The notes below the pieces were generated by a model. The model saw nothing but the letters and a program-made list of their open reading frames with translations, was not told where the DNA came from and searched no databases. From NCBI GenBank assembly GCA_963675295.2, contig CAXXKJ010000002.1:4064001-4128000 (forward strand): a DNA stretch of 64,000 nucleotides. The letters are read 5' to 3'. The position numbers and the translations under genes were made by a program. This DNA is from a bacterium (lineage in GTDB: Bacteria > Electryoneota > Electryoneia > Electryoneales > Electryoneaceae). Below are positions 39,172-49,240 of the stretch, one piece after another. The first letter of the stretch is position 1, and every line of letters begins with the position of its first letter.

Positions 39172-40296
39172 ATGTTGTTGACATGGATGATGTTGCAGGT
39201 GCGGATGTTTCTGGCACGGGTATACGGCGAACTGCCACCGTCGAAATGGCTGAATAGCGGCACGCAGACGCTGATGCTGGCATTGATCGTGCTGTCGTTG
39301 ACGGCGTGTTCTCCGGCGCCGGATGAATCGTCCGGCGAAGCCCCGCGCCGTCGTGTCGCGGTCGAACCGGTGACGATCAGTGAGCGGTCGGAACAGTTCA
39401 CGGTCAGCGGACGCGTTGAGCACACGCACGAGGCGCTGCTGTCGTTCAAGGGCGGCGGGTTGGTCGCGGACATGTACGTGGACGAGGGCGACCGGTTCGC
39501 GGAGGGTGACCTGCTCGCAGCGCTGGACACCACCGAGATCGCGGCGGCGTACACGGACGCGAAGCAGCAGCTGGAGAAAGCGCAGCGGGACGTGCGCCGG
39601 TTCGAGCAGCTGTACAACGAGGAAGCGATCTCGTTGCAGAACCTGCAGGACGCGCGTACCGGCCTCGAGCGTGCTCAGGCGGGCGAACGCCGGGCTCGGT
39701 TTGTGCTCGATAACGCGCTGATTCACGCGCCGTTCGACGGATTCGTCGCCTATCGCAACGCGAACGTCGGCGAACTAATCGGCGAGGGCACGCCGGTACT
39801 ACGTGTCGTCGAGGACGGGTCACAACGGCTGATCCGTGTCGGTGTCCCGAGCCGGTTGTTGCCGTGGCTGGGGGTTGGTGATGAGGCGTCGGTGGACGTC
39901 GAGAACATTGGTGAAACCCTCAGCGCGACCATCACCCGTATCGGCGCGGTGGCGGAACGTGGCACCGGCAACTTTATCGTCGAGCTGGAACTGGAAACGC
40001 ACCAGCTGCTGCGTGAGGGCCTGGTCGCAACGGTGACCTTGAGCGGTCCGCCGCGTGAGGTGATTGTGCTGCCGGGTGGGGCGTTGAGCGGTGGTGACGA
40101 AGACCGTGGCCTGTTCTACATCGTGCGCAATGACACCGCGTTGCAACGGGAGCTGCACATCTACCGTATGACCGGCGACTCGATTTTCGCCGAGGCGGGT
40201 TTGCCGGAGGGAACGCCGGTAATCGTACGCGGATCGGGGTTCCTCAGTGACGGTGAAGCGGTGGACGCGATTGGCCTGGCGGAGTGGAACCGATGA
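39172..40296 (+). CDS. RND efflux periplasmic adaptor (membrane fusion protein)
   Basis: V.EGD....GDLLA.LD, IHAPFDG.V, coiled-coil hairpin, LTA/C lipobox; start codon uncertain. Confidence 0.9.
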   Translation: MLLTWMMLQVRMFLARVYGELPPSKWLNSGTQTLMLALIVLSLTACSPAPDESSGEAPRRRVAVEPVTISERSEQFTVSGRVEHTHEALLSFKGGGLVADMYVDEGDRFAEGDLLAALDTTEIAAAYTDAKQQLEKAQRDVRRFEQLYNEEAISLQNLQDARTGLERAQAGERRARFVLDNALIHAPFDGFVAYRNANVGELIGEGTPVLRVVEDGSQRLIRVGVPSRLLPWLGVGDEASVDVENIGETLSATITRIGAVAERGTGNFIVELELETHQLLREGLVATVTLSGPPREVIVLPGGALSGGDEDRGLFYIVRNDTALQRELHIYRMTGDSIFAEAGLPEGTPVIVRGSGFLSDGEAVDAIGLAEWNR

Positions 40297-43200
40297 AGCT
40301 GACGAATCTCGTTCTCGAGAACCGGCAGTTCACCGGCGTCGCGATTGTGCTGCTGCTGATCTTCGGTGTGACGGGCTTCATGGCGATGCCGCGCAGCGAG
40401 GATCCGTTCATGCGGCCGCCGTTCGTGAACGTGTACGTGATCGTGCCGGGCGCTTCGCCGGAAGACCTCGAAAACCTCGTGCTCGACCCGTTGGACGATC
40501 TGGTCCGGGAAGTCGACGACGTGAAACATACGACCGGCACCGTTCGTGAAGGCGTCGTCTTCCTCAACGTCGAGTTCAATGCCGGCGCGGACCAGCAGGA
40601 GAAGGAAACCGAGATCGAGGACAAGCTGGTCGAGGCGCAGCAGGAATTCCCGGAAGGGGTGCTGCGTGCCGAGGTCGATGCGTGGTCCTCGTTTCATGTC
40701 TATTTCGTGCAGCTGGCGTTGCTGTCGGAAAACCGTCCGATGCGCGACCTCGACCGCTATGCCGAGCGGCTTGAGACGATCCTGAACACGTATGTCTCGA
40801 TGGAGGACGTGGAAATCTTCGGGTTGCGGGATCAGGAGGTCCGCGTCTCGGTCAACCCGGAAAAGCTGGCGGCGTATGGGATTCCGTTGAGCCAGGTGAT
40901 CAACGCGATCCAGTCGGCCGGAGTCAACATCCCGGGCGGGACGGTCAATTCCGGCGACCGGTCATTGACGGTGCTGACCTCGGGTGATTTCGAGTCGATT
41001 GATGAGATCAGGCGTGTGGTGGTCGCTGGTTCGGCGGTTAGTCCTGTGTATCTCGGTGAGGTGGCGGATGTCCATTTCGATTACGCCGACCGCACTCACC
41101 TGATGCGTGTCAACGGCACGCCCGGCGTGGTGATCGGCGCGCGGCAGAAGCCGGGCTACAACGTGCTGTCGGTAATCGACCAGCTGAACGAAGATCTGGA
41201 GCAGTTTAAAGCCGAATTGCCGCCGGACATTCAGTTGCAATGGGTCTTCGACCAGTCGCATTCGGTGCACGAACGCATCACCAACTTCTTCCGCAACCTG
41301 TTGCAGGGGATTGTGCTGGTCGGGCTGGTGATGGTGCTGGCGTTGGGCTGGCGTCCCGCGCTGGTGGTGATGGTCGCGATCCCGCTGTCGTTCACGATCG
41401 CGATGGGCTTCATCGATATGGCCGGCTATGCGATTCAGCAGATGACGATCGCGGCGATGGTGATTTCGCTCGGTTTGCTGGTCGACAACGGCATCGTCGT
41501 CACGGAAAACATCAACACGCATCTGGTCAAGGGTGCGTCCCGGATGAAAGCCGCCCGGATCGGCACCAGCCAGGTTGGCTGGGCGGTGACCGCGAGTACG
41601 GTGACCACGGTGCTCGCGTTCGTGCCGATGGCGATGATGAAGGACACCTCAGGCGATTTCATCCGCTCGATGCCGATCTCGGTGATGTTGATTCTCGCTG
41701 CGTCATTGCTGGTGGCGTTGACCGTCAGCCCGATGATCTCGATGAAGGTGATGCGTCCGATCACCTTCGACAAACAGCCTGTGCTTGTGCGTAAGCTGTA
41801 CGATTTCGTCAACGGGCCATACCGCCGCGCACTGGTCTGGGGCCTGCGTCACCGGACATTGGTCATCCTCATTTCGACGCTCAGCCTGTTCGGTTCGTTC
41901 GCGCTGTTTCCGTTGGTCGGGGTCTCATTTTTCCCGAAGGCGGAGAAGCGTGTGTTTCTCGTCGATATTAGCCTGCCGCGCGGGTCGAGCCTCGATGCGA
42001 CCGACCGTGCCCTGACCTGGGTCGAACAGCAGTTGCTGCAGGAAGACCAGATCAAACTGGTCAGCGCCAATCTCGGCCGCGGGCAGCCGTCGATCTATTA
42101 CAACGTGCCGATTGGCGCGGAAGCGACGCACTACGGACAGATATACGTTGAGACGAAGTCGCTGCTTGGTTCGGATTTGACAATGTACCTCGATTCGTTA
42201 CGCACCGTGTTCGCCCAGTACCCCGGCGCGAAGATCGAGCTGGCGGAGTTGGAGCAGGGTCCGGGGTCGGGCAGCCCGATTGAGGTTCGCTTCTACGCCG
42301 AGAACAATGAGGTGTTGGCAGACGCAGCGTCCCGGCTGGAGGATCACCTGCGTACCATCCCCGGGGTGGTCAATGTCAACAACCCGAGCGCCGACCGTGC
42401 GGTGAACTTGCAGGTGGAGATCAACCGTGACAAGGCGGCGCTGCTCGGAACGCCGTTGCATGAGATCGACCGGGCGGTGCGCACCGCGATTGCCGGCTGG
42501 GAGGCGTCCAGCTACCGCGACGCCGACGGGACCGATTACCCGGTGATGGTGCGATTGCCGTCTGGTGAGAACGCCACACCGGACGATTTCCTCCGCATCT
42601 ACATCCCGACGGCATCCGGCAAACAGGTGCAGCTCGCGGAAGTGGCTCAGTTGCAGCTCGATTCCGGGCATGGCCTGATCCAACGCCGGGACGGCCGCCG
42701 GATGGCGACCGTTGGCGCGAGCACTTCCGGCCGTCCGACGGCGGAAGTCGAAGCGGAAGTTCGCGAGTGGCTTGAGAACACCAGCTTCGGGCCGGGCGTG
42801 AACTACGATTTCGGCGGCGAACAGGAAGCGCGCGGTGAAAGCTTCACCAGCATGTACCAAGCGACCAGTATCGCGATTGTCGGCATCTTCGCCGTGCTGG
42901 TGCTGATGTTCCGTTCGCTGCGGCAACCGTTGATCATCTTTGCCGCGCTGCCGCTGGCGTTTATCGGCTCAATCCTCGCCTTGTTTGTGACAGGCTATAC
43001 GTTCTCGTTTACTGCTTTTGTCGGGCTGACGTCTCTGGTCGGAATTGTCGTCAACAACTCGATCCTGCTCGTGGACATGACAAACCAGAACCGGCTCGGT
43101 GGTATGACCCGGTGTGAGGCGTTGATCGAATCCGGCACCAGCCGGTTTGTCCCGATTCTGCTGACCACGACGACGACGATCTTCGGGCTGCTGCCATTGA

Positions 43201-43343
43201 GCTTGTCCGGCAGCACGTTGTGGGGACCGATGGGCTGGGTGATTATCGGCGGATTGGTGACCAGTACCGCACTGACGTTGATTGTCGTGCCTGTGCTGTA
43301 CGAGGTCTTCAGCGAGAAGCAGATCGGTGAAGCGGCGGCGTAA
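40293..43343 (+). CDS. RND efflux permease (AcrB/CzcA superfamily)
   Basis: GLLVDNGIVVTENI, GIVVNNSILLVD, R..PILLT..TT..GLLPL; about 1016 aa. Confidence 0.95.
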   Translation: MKLTNLVLENRQFTGVAIVLLLIFGVTGFMAMPRSEDPFMRPPFVNVYVIVPGASPEDLENLVLDPLDDLVREVDDVKHTTGTVREGVVFLNVEFNAGADQQEKETEIEDKLVEAQQEFPEGVLRAEVDAWSSFHVYFVQLALLSENRPMRDLDRYAERLETILNTYVSMEDVEIFGLRDQEVRVSVNPEKLAAYGIPLSQVINAIQSAGVNIPGGTVNSGDRSLTVLTSGDFESIDEIRRVVVAGSAVSPVYLGEVADVHFDYADRTHLMRVNGTPGVVIGARQKPGYNVLSVIDQLNEDLEQFKAELPPDIQLQWVFDQSHSVHERITNFFRNLLQGIVLVGLVMVLALGWRPALVVMVAIPLSFTIAMGFIDMAGYAIQQMTIAAMVISLGLLVDNGIVVTENINTHLVKGASRMKAARIGTSQVGWAVTASTVTTVLAFVPMAMMKDTSGDFIRSMPISVMLILAASLLVALTVSPMISMKVMRPITFDKQPVLVRKLYDFVNGPYRRALVWGLRHRTLVILISTLSLFGSFALFPLVGVSFFPKAEKRVFLVDISLPRGSSLDATDRALTWVEQQLLQEDQIKLVSANLGRGQPSIYYNVPIGAEATHYGQIYVETKSLLGSDLTMYLDSLRTVFAQYPGAKIELAELEQGPGSGSPIEVRFYAENNEVLADAASRLEDHLRTIPGVVNVNNPSADRAVNLQVEINRDKAALLGTPLHEIDRAVRTAIAGWEASSYRDADGTDYPVMVRLPSGENATPDDFLRIYIPTASGKQVQLAEVAQLQLDSGHGLIQRRDGRRMATVGASTSGRPTAEVEAEVREWLENTSFGPGVNYDFGGEQEARGESFTSMYQATSIAIVGIFAVLVLMFRSLRQPLIIFAALPLAFIGSILALFVTGYTFSFTAFVGLTSLVGIVVNNSILLVDMTNQNRLGGMTRCEALIESGTSRFVPILLTTTTTIFGLLPLSLSGSTLWGPMGWVIIGGLVTSTALTLIVVPVLYEVFSEKQIGEAAA

Positions 43344-43562
43344 GGTGTGGTGGCAGAATAAGGTTTGGTGGCAACAAACGATGTGGTTGCAGAAGCAGAC
43401 CTTACCACGGATTTAAGTCCGTGGTAAGCGAACCCAGGGACTACGATCCGGGAACAAAGGTCCGGGAACGTATTTACCACGGACTTAAGTCCGTGGTAAG
43501 TGATTTGGGGAACTCAGGCCCGGGGACTCAAGCCCGGGAACTCAAGTCCGGGAACTCGAACT
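43341..43562. repeat. Mosaic repeat: 18-mer x3, palindrome, 14-mer x3, palindrome, 14-mer x4
   Basis: TAAGGTKTGGTGGCAGAA-like x3; CTTACCACGGATTTAAGTCCGTGGTAAG (43401..43428); perfect TTACCACGGACTTAAGTCCGTGGTAA (43474..43499); CCGGGAACTCAAGT-like units. Confidence 0.85.
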
Positions 43563-43674
43563 TGTAGATTCAACGAGAAGGAACCCGGTCTGCATCCCCC
43601 TGGAGGTTTGGGGTCAGGCCGGGTTAGTCGTCCTGTCAAGAGGACGCGCACAGGCGTGAACAGATACTGGCTTG

Positions 43675-44055
43675 TTACGACAGGCGCATCGGGATTGTTG
43701 GCCGTGCAAGCTCCTCGGTCGTCGAATCGAGCGCGGCAAGGGCGCTTTCCAGTTCGTCCCAGGAGACAAACCGTGCCTGGTGGAATTCTTCCATCAGGTC
43801 CGCGACCTTGTCGGGCATGCCATCGGCAAACACGAGGGGAATGGACTCTACCCCCGGTTGATTGCGCAGTGCTTTTGCAGTCTGGTATCCATGGGTGGGC
43901 AGCCGTCGCAGGGAAATCACAACCCCGTCCGGCTTCGAATCTTCGACGGCTCCAACGGTTGTAAAGCCGGCAATAACTTCGTGTCCCCAGATACGGAGCT
44001 CGCTTGCCAGCTCCTGTTGTTCCTGGTCATCCCAGTGTACGAGGAGCACTCGCAT
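43675..44055 (-). CDS. Atypical single-domain receiver-like protein
   Basis: MRVLLV, KPDGVVISL, ALR.....SIPLVF receiver-fold pattern; the phosphoacceptor Asp position is Ser. Confidence 0.7.
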   Translation of the reverse strand: MRVLLVHWDDQEQQELASELRIWGHEVIAGFTTVGAVEDSKPDGVVISLRRLPTHGYQTAKALRNQPGVESIPLVFADGMPDKVADLMEEFHQARFVSWDELESALAALDSTTEELARPTIPMRLS

Positions 44056-44471
44056 GACTGCCTCCACGCCAGTTGGTACTGCACCCCAATACTACATCAC
44101 CCTCTCCCCTTGCGCACAAGTGTAAAGCCTTGCACTTTCTTACACAAGGCTGACTGTTAAATTTGTGTAAAAAGATCGGAGCCTCCAGGGGCTCGAACTC
44201 GGCTGGATTACGTAATTTCCAAGGTTATTACATTGCAGGATCGGTCAATCAGCGTTCAATTCACCTTCTACTTTAACTTTTCATGCAAACATTCGGCATA
44301 CGTTTGCATCATCTGAAAATGAGAACTGAAACCTCAAAAACCGAAGATTGAGACGGCCGTTGAGCGAATTGAGTCGCACCAAGTGATTCAATTTCGGCTT
44401 TATCCCGGACGTGAGATTATCTGCATTTTTGCAAGCGGTTCCAGCGTGATCATCACAATTGAGAAGCAAGC

Positions 44472-45053
44472 ATGAGCGACATTGAAACCCATCTTTCCCT
44501 TGATCTGCCGGGCTGGTTGCCGGATGAACTGGCATCCTTTCCTGTGCTGGCTGACCAGACCGCCCGTGTCAATGCGGTCAACCGTCTCGCGGAACGAAAC
44601 GTACGCGAACAAACCGGCGGCCCCTTCGCGGCGCTGGTCGTGAACCGGGAGGGCGTGATCCTCTCTGCAGGCGTCAATCTGGTGACCACGAGTGGGATCT
44701 CGTGCGCGCACGCCGAAGTGGTGGCGTTGGGACTGGCACAACGCAAGCTGGGCACGTGGGACCTGTCGCCGTATAACCTGGAACTGGTCAGCTCGTGCGA
44801 ACCATGCGCCATGTGCACCGGCGCGGTGCTGTGGAGTGGCGTGCGGTCACTGGTCTACAGCGCGGCGGGCGAGGATGCGCGGTCTATCGGCTTCGACGAA
44901 GGCGACAAGACAGCGGATTGGGCGGAACGTTTACGGCAACGTGGAATTGCGGTGGCTGGGCCCGTGCAACGCGATCAGGGCGCGCGTGTCTTCGAGCAGT
45001 ACCTCACCGCCGGGGGACAGGTATACAACAGCGGATCGAACCGCTACAAATGA
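44472..45053 (+). CDS. Zn-dependent nucleoside/guanine deaminase family protein
   Basis: GGPFAA, HAE, EPCAMC, GFDEG. Confidence 0.92.
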   Translation: MSDIETHLSLDLPGWLPDELASFPVLADQTARVNAVNRLAERNVREQTGGPFAALVVNREGVILSAGVNLVTTSGISCAHAEVVALGLAQRKLGTWDLSPYNLELVSSCEPCAMCTGAVLWSGVRSLVYSAAGEDARSIGFDEGDKTADWAERLRQRGIAVAGPVQRDQGARVFEQYLTAGGQVYNSGSNRYK

Positions 45054-45188
45054 AATACTCACAATGGACGCGATCAGGATTTCTGGCCACTTCGGCTCTC
45101 TCGCTTGTACACGAACACAGCGACGTATACATTAAGAGTAGCATCGCTCTCACAGACGACCGTTGCTGCCATGCACAGCGAGGGAAAG

Positions 45189-47441
45189 ATGAAATCGACG
45201 ATCCGCAATCTGGCTCTTCTGCTCCTGCTTGTGTTCGCCATTCTGCCGTTGTCCCCACTCGCCCAGGACATGATCCTCGAAAATAGCTGGGCAAGCTTTT
45301 GGGACGGACAAGCATTTTCGTTTGCGGATGGAGACATTCTATGGCACGTCTGCGATGAATCCGGTTTAAAGGTCCTTGATATCACCAACCCTGAGGTTCC
45401 AAACGAGATAACTTCGCATCGATGGTTTCGTCACGTTAAATACATGGACAGGCAGGGAGATATACTGTACGGAGTCAGCGAACATGGTATCCGTACGTTA
45501 AATGTTGCTGATCCTCGTATTCCAGAGTACGGTGTCCAATATCATCTTTTCGATGAAACGGGCGAATATCGTGTTACCGGCTTATTTATACAATGTCTCG
45601 ACAGCATTGCAGTAGTCGGCTACGAAACTCAAAACGTCTATCCACCTGGGATTGGTTACCAGTTAGTTGATATCAGCAATCCTGACTCTCTAACAACTTT
45701 AGCATGGTTTCCCGATATCTATCCTGTATCTATACAGGATAATATCATGATTGCCTCGCCATCCAGATATTTGTATGGAGTTTATATAGTAGACATAGCA
45801 GATTTATTTGCCCCTGAGATCACTTATAGCTTCCAAGATATGCATTATCCATTCTATGATGGTTCATATTTATTTATCACAAGTGAAGATAATTTTAAAG
45901 TAGGAATATACGATATAATGGATTTACACGATCCATTAATGGTATGTGATCATATCATTAGCTCACACAGTGGTACATGCAGAGCAGTACAAACAGTTAA
46001 CAACACACTTATTGTACATTGTGGTATTAGTGATAAGGAATTAATATCTTATGACATTAGACATCCCGAATCTCCGATACTTATAAATAGTATTGAAGTA
46101 GAATACAACTGGTACTATGGTGCAACAAAAAGAGGAAATTATATTATAAACAAGTCGTGTGGAATGTATAATACTACTGTAAATATGGTAGTGATAGGTA
46201 ATGAAGGAGATATATTTCCAATATATGATTACCACAGTAGGCTAATCAACAATATATTTATCAGAAATGACATATTACTAGTAGATACTGGGTACGATGA
46301 ATTGAAACTGGTAGATTATTCTGATTATGCAAATCCAAGATTAATAAATAGATTTAAATTCGAGGGAATTGCGACAGAATATACTTATCATCTAATGATG
46401 TCAGGAAATCTCGGTGGTTTAGAAGGATACGTGCAGAATCAATATGCGATATTTGATATGCGCAACTGGAATAATATCCAACACATAGAGACTATTAATG
46501 GCGAAAAATTAGCTTTAGGCGATCATTTAGCTTGGACAAGAGTTAACGACTACCTTCGCGTCTGTGAATATTCTGATGAATGTGAAAGGATAAACTATGA
46601 TTATATAACACTATGCGAAGGCCAGAATATTGAGATATTTGCGGCTGATACGCTGGCATTTGTAATTGATGAAAGCGAGGAATACCAAATACCCGCCATA
46701 GGGTATATATTATCTTACACTAATGATACAATTCAGGTTGTGTCGACATTTGAGATACCTTATTATCCATATTCAATATATTTCGGTGGTATGATACAGA
46801 ACTACGCCTTGTTTTGCGATTACAATTCATCGTCGAATTACTTGCTTGATTTATCTGATATTAATAACCCTGTCTTGCGCTTAGCTGAATTTCCAAGCGT
46901 ATCTGATCCTATCATGTTGTATCGAAATACACATATTGATGATACTACTTGGCTTGCAACTCAGGCTCGTACCATTTACATCGTCGACATGCACGATCCA
47001 CTTCATCCTGTCATTACTGGCGAGTGGACGAGTACACTTCCAAACTATGGTTCTTTGCTGAATATCGTCGCCAATGATGAATTTGCATTCGTATCGAACA
47101 GCGCTTCGATCCTTTGCCTTGACTACACAGATCCTTTGTCCGTCTCTGACCCTCTTTCACTGGCGCAAATCCCTGATGAGCAAGGTCTCATCCGGATCTA
47201 CCCCAACCCGTTTAATACAGCGGCAACGGTTCAGTTGAACATTACGACACCCGGTTGGTATCGTGGGAAGGTGTATGACGTGCTCGGGCGTGAGGTGGCG
47301 CAGGTGCTGGAGTCCCGGCTTGTGCCGGGCGAACACAGCTTCACGTTCCAGGCGACAGGCATGGCGAGTGGGGTGTACCTGTTGCAGTTAAGTGGCCCGG
47401 ATGGCGTCGCTTCCGCGCAACGAATCACCGTACTCAAATAG
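45189..47441 (+). CDS. Secreted LVIVD-type repeat (beta-propeller) protein with T9SS-like CTD
   Basis: Signal peptide; repeats of (V/I)DISNP..P; C-terminal IYPNPFN...YDVLGREVA...ASGVY; AT-rich interior. Confidence 0.85.
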   Translation: MKSTIRNLALLLLLVFAILPLSPLAQDMILENSWASFWDGQAFSFADGDILWHVCDESGLKVLDITNPEVPNEITSHRWFRHVKYMDRQGDILYGVSEHGIRTLNVADPRIPEYGVQYHLFDETGEYRVTGLFIQCLDSIAVVGYETQNVYPPGIGYQLVDISNPDSLTTLAWFPDIYPVSIQDNIMIASPSRYLYGVYIVDIADLFAPEITYSFQDMHYPFYDGSYLFITSEDNFKVGIYDIMDLHDPLMVCDHIISSHSGTCRAVQTVNNTLIVHCGISDKELISYDIRHPESPILINSIEVEYNWYYGATKRGNYIINKSCGMYNTTVNMVVIGNEGDIFPIYDYHSRLINNIFIRNDILLVDTGYDELKLVDYSDYANPRLINRFKFEGIATEYTYHLMMSGNLGGLEGYVQNQYAIFDMRNWNNIQHIETINGEKLALGDHLAWTRVNDYLRVCEYSDECERINYDYITLCEGQNIEIFAADTLAFVIDESEEYQIPAIGYILSYTNDTIQVVSTFEIPYYPYSIYFGGMIQNYALFCDYNSSSNYLLDLSDINNPVLRLAEFPSVSDPIMLYRNTHIDDTTWLATQARTIYIVDMHDPLHPVITGEWTSTLPNYGSLLNIVANDEFAFVSNSASILCLDYTDPLSVSDPLSLAQIPDEQGLIRIYPNPFNTAATVQLNITTPGWYRGKVYDVLGREVAQVLESRLVPGEHSFTFQATGMASGVYLLQLSGPDGVASAQRITVLK

Positions 47442-47485
47442 CAACATACAGGAGAAAGTTCCGTTTATTCCGTGTATTCCGTGGT

Positions 47486-48868
47486 TTAGAGCTGTTTCCG
47501 CAGTTGCTTCGCGAAGATCAGGCCGATCACGCCGCAGAGTCCACCGGTAGTCCCGATGATCAGGAACAGCAGCGGCGCGGGGATCAGCTCCAGTATCAGC
47601 CCGGTCAACCCGCTCGAGATCGCCGACATGCCGACCACCGCAAGGCTGATTAACGAGAATATTCGCCCGCGCATCGTCGCCGGCACCACCTCCTGTATCA
47701 GGGACGCCCGGCTGACGGTCAGCAGCGGTACCGCCATGCCGTGAATGATGGACAGGACGCCGAGTTGCGTCAACGTCTGCGCGAAGAAGTACGGGATGAA
47801 GGTGAAGCCGTCGAAGACCATCCCCCACAGCAGCATGTTGCCTTTCGGAATCCTGCCACCCCAAAGCACCAACGCTACGGTTCCAAGCAACATGCCGATC
47901 GCAAACGCCATCGCCATCAGGGCGTAATCGGACGCACTCCCGGCGAACGTTTCCCGGATCAGCACCGGCATGCCGACAATCGCCGGACCCATGATGAACA
48001 GGTTGTCGGCGACAGTGATCAACAGTAATGGCAGAATCACCGGCTGCTTCGCAGTGTAGCTCAGCCCCTGCCGGATATCGTCCCAACCCTCGCGGACACG
48101 CACGGTCCACCGACTGCGGGCTGTCGCATGCGGAGGAATACTGCCAGCGGCGGCTGATTCAGCAGGGCCTGACCAGGATTGTCCAGGGACACTTGCTCCG
48201 CCAAGTGTCCCTTCATCCCGGGGACACTTTGAGGACAAAGTGTCCCCGGGATGTGCGATTTCCTGCGTTTCCGGCTTCGGCCGCAGCAGCCAGATGGTGA
48301 GGAAGGAGAGGGCGTACGCGCCGGCGTCCACCGCGAACAGCGGTATCAGGCCCATTACGCTAAGCAATCCTCCGGCGATCGCCGGGCCCATCAGGAGGGC
48401 CAGTTGCCAGCTGGTCTGGATCAGGCTGTTGGCCTTGAGCAAGCCGGACGCCGGCACCAGTTGCGGGATGATGGCGTCTTTGGTCGGATTGAAAAATGCG
48501 GCGGCGGAGGCAATCACGAAGGCGTTGATCACCAGCACCCACGGGCTGAGGAAGCCAAGCAGTGAGGCCAACGGGATGCCGAGGATGGCAATGGCGCGGA
48601 CACCATCCGCAATCAGCATCACCCGTCTCCGATTCGCCCGGTCGGCGACCACTCCGGCGACCAGCGCGAGCAGGATCGTCGGCAGGTAGGAGCTCATCGC
48701 GACGAGGCCGGTGATCGCCTTGGAGGCGGTCAGCTCCAGCGCGAGCCACAGCAGGGCGATCTGGTAGATGCTGTCGCCGCTCATGCTGATGACCTGCCCC
48801 GCCCAGAGCAGGCTCAGGTCGCGTGTCTGGAAGACGGAGCGAAGGTATCGTCGCAGCGGTGAGCTCAT
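47486..48868 (-). CDS. MFS transporter (DHA3/macrolide-efflux-like) with expanded central loop
   Basis: LW.GQ.IS..GD, G..ADR.NRRR.M..AD, P....GR.FS; central loop of about 65 aa. Confidence 0.9.
   Translation of the reverse strand: MSSPLRRYLRSVFQTRDLSLLWAGQVISMSGDSIYQIALLWLALELTASKAITGLVAMSSYLPTILLALVAGVVADRANRRRVMLIADGVRAIAILGIPLASLLGFLSPWVLVINAFVIASAAAFFNPTKDAIIPQLVPASGLLKANSLIQTSWQLALLMGPAIAGGLLSVMGLIPLFAVDAGAYALSFLTIWLLRPKPETQEIAHPGDTLSSKCPRDEGTLGGASVPGQSWSGPAESAAAGSIPPHATARSRWTVRVREGWDDIRQGLSYTAKQPVILPLLLITVADNLFIMGPAIVGMPVLIRETFAGSASDYALMAMAFAIGMLLGTVALVLWGGRIPKGNMLLWGMVFDGFTFIPYFFAQTLTQLGVLSIIHGMAVPLLTVSRASLIQEVVPATMRGRIFSLISLAVVGMSAISSGLTGLILELIPAPLLFLIIGTTGGLCGVIGLIFAKQLRKQL
48185..48253. 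repeat. Two tandem GGGACAC..GTGTCCC palindromes inside the MFS coding sequence
   Basis: AGGGACACTTG-ctccgc-CAAGTGTCCCT and CATCCCGGGGACACTTTG-agga-CAAAGTGTCCCCGGGATG. Confidence 0.9.
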
Positions 48869-49000
48869 GGCGTGGAAGATACGGCGACTCGGTGACCTGG
48901 TGCCCGAGATAATCCGGCGTTTCTGCGTTATCGCGGGTCAGACTCCGGATTGGCACCAGTCCTCACGAACCTCGGAATCCGGGTGAAATCACTTCTTTGT

Positions 49001-49240
49001 TCAGTTGCCGAGAAACAATCCAACCGCGAGGAGAAGGAACAGGAAAACCCCGCTGATCAAGAGAAAGGTAGGGTTGCCGTTGCTGCGGGCGAACCACATG
49101 AGGATCACAAGACCCACCCCTGCAGCGCGTACCAGGATCGGATGACCAGCAACTGTCGCGCTGGTGAATCCGGCGGTTGGTATCCTGCCCCAGATAATCA
49201 GATAGGCAGCTGCGAGCAGGAAAAATCCGTGCAGTATCAT
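49001..49240 (-). CDS. Small hypothetical membrane protein, paralog of 18439..18696
   Basis: GGGGA RBS; 79 aa, about 3 TM; V.GHP.L.R.A and terminal VGLFLG. Confidence 0.7.
   Translation of the reverse strand: MILHGFFLLAAAYLIIWGRIPTAGFTSATVAGHPILVRAAGVGLVILMWFARSNGNPTFLLISGVFLFLLLAVGLFLGN

Noticed and set aside
43341-43562. Possible CRISPR array
   Set aside because: Only two palindromic copies, the intervening DNA is itself tandemly repetitive, and there are no cas genes.
44170-44240. tRNA-like GTTCGA on the minus strand (also GGATTCGAC near 8397)
   Set aside because: No pairing T-stem, acceptor stem or cloverleaf.
45500-47100. AT-rich interior as a diversity-generating retroelement target
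   Set aside because: No reverse transcriptase or template/variable repeat pair is visible, and DGR mutagenesis would not enrich A/T across 1.6 kb.
47459-47487. TTCCGTGTA-like 9-mer x3
   Set aside because: Short low-complexity tract between convergent genes; noted as similar in kind to the 13700 tract but not informative alone.
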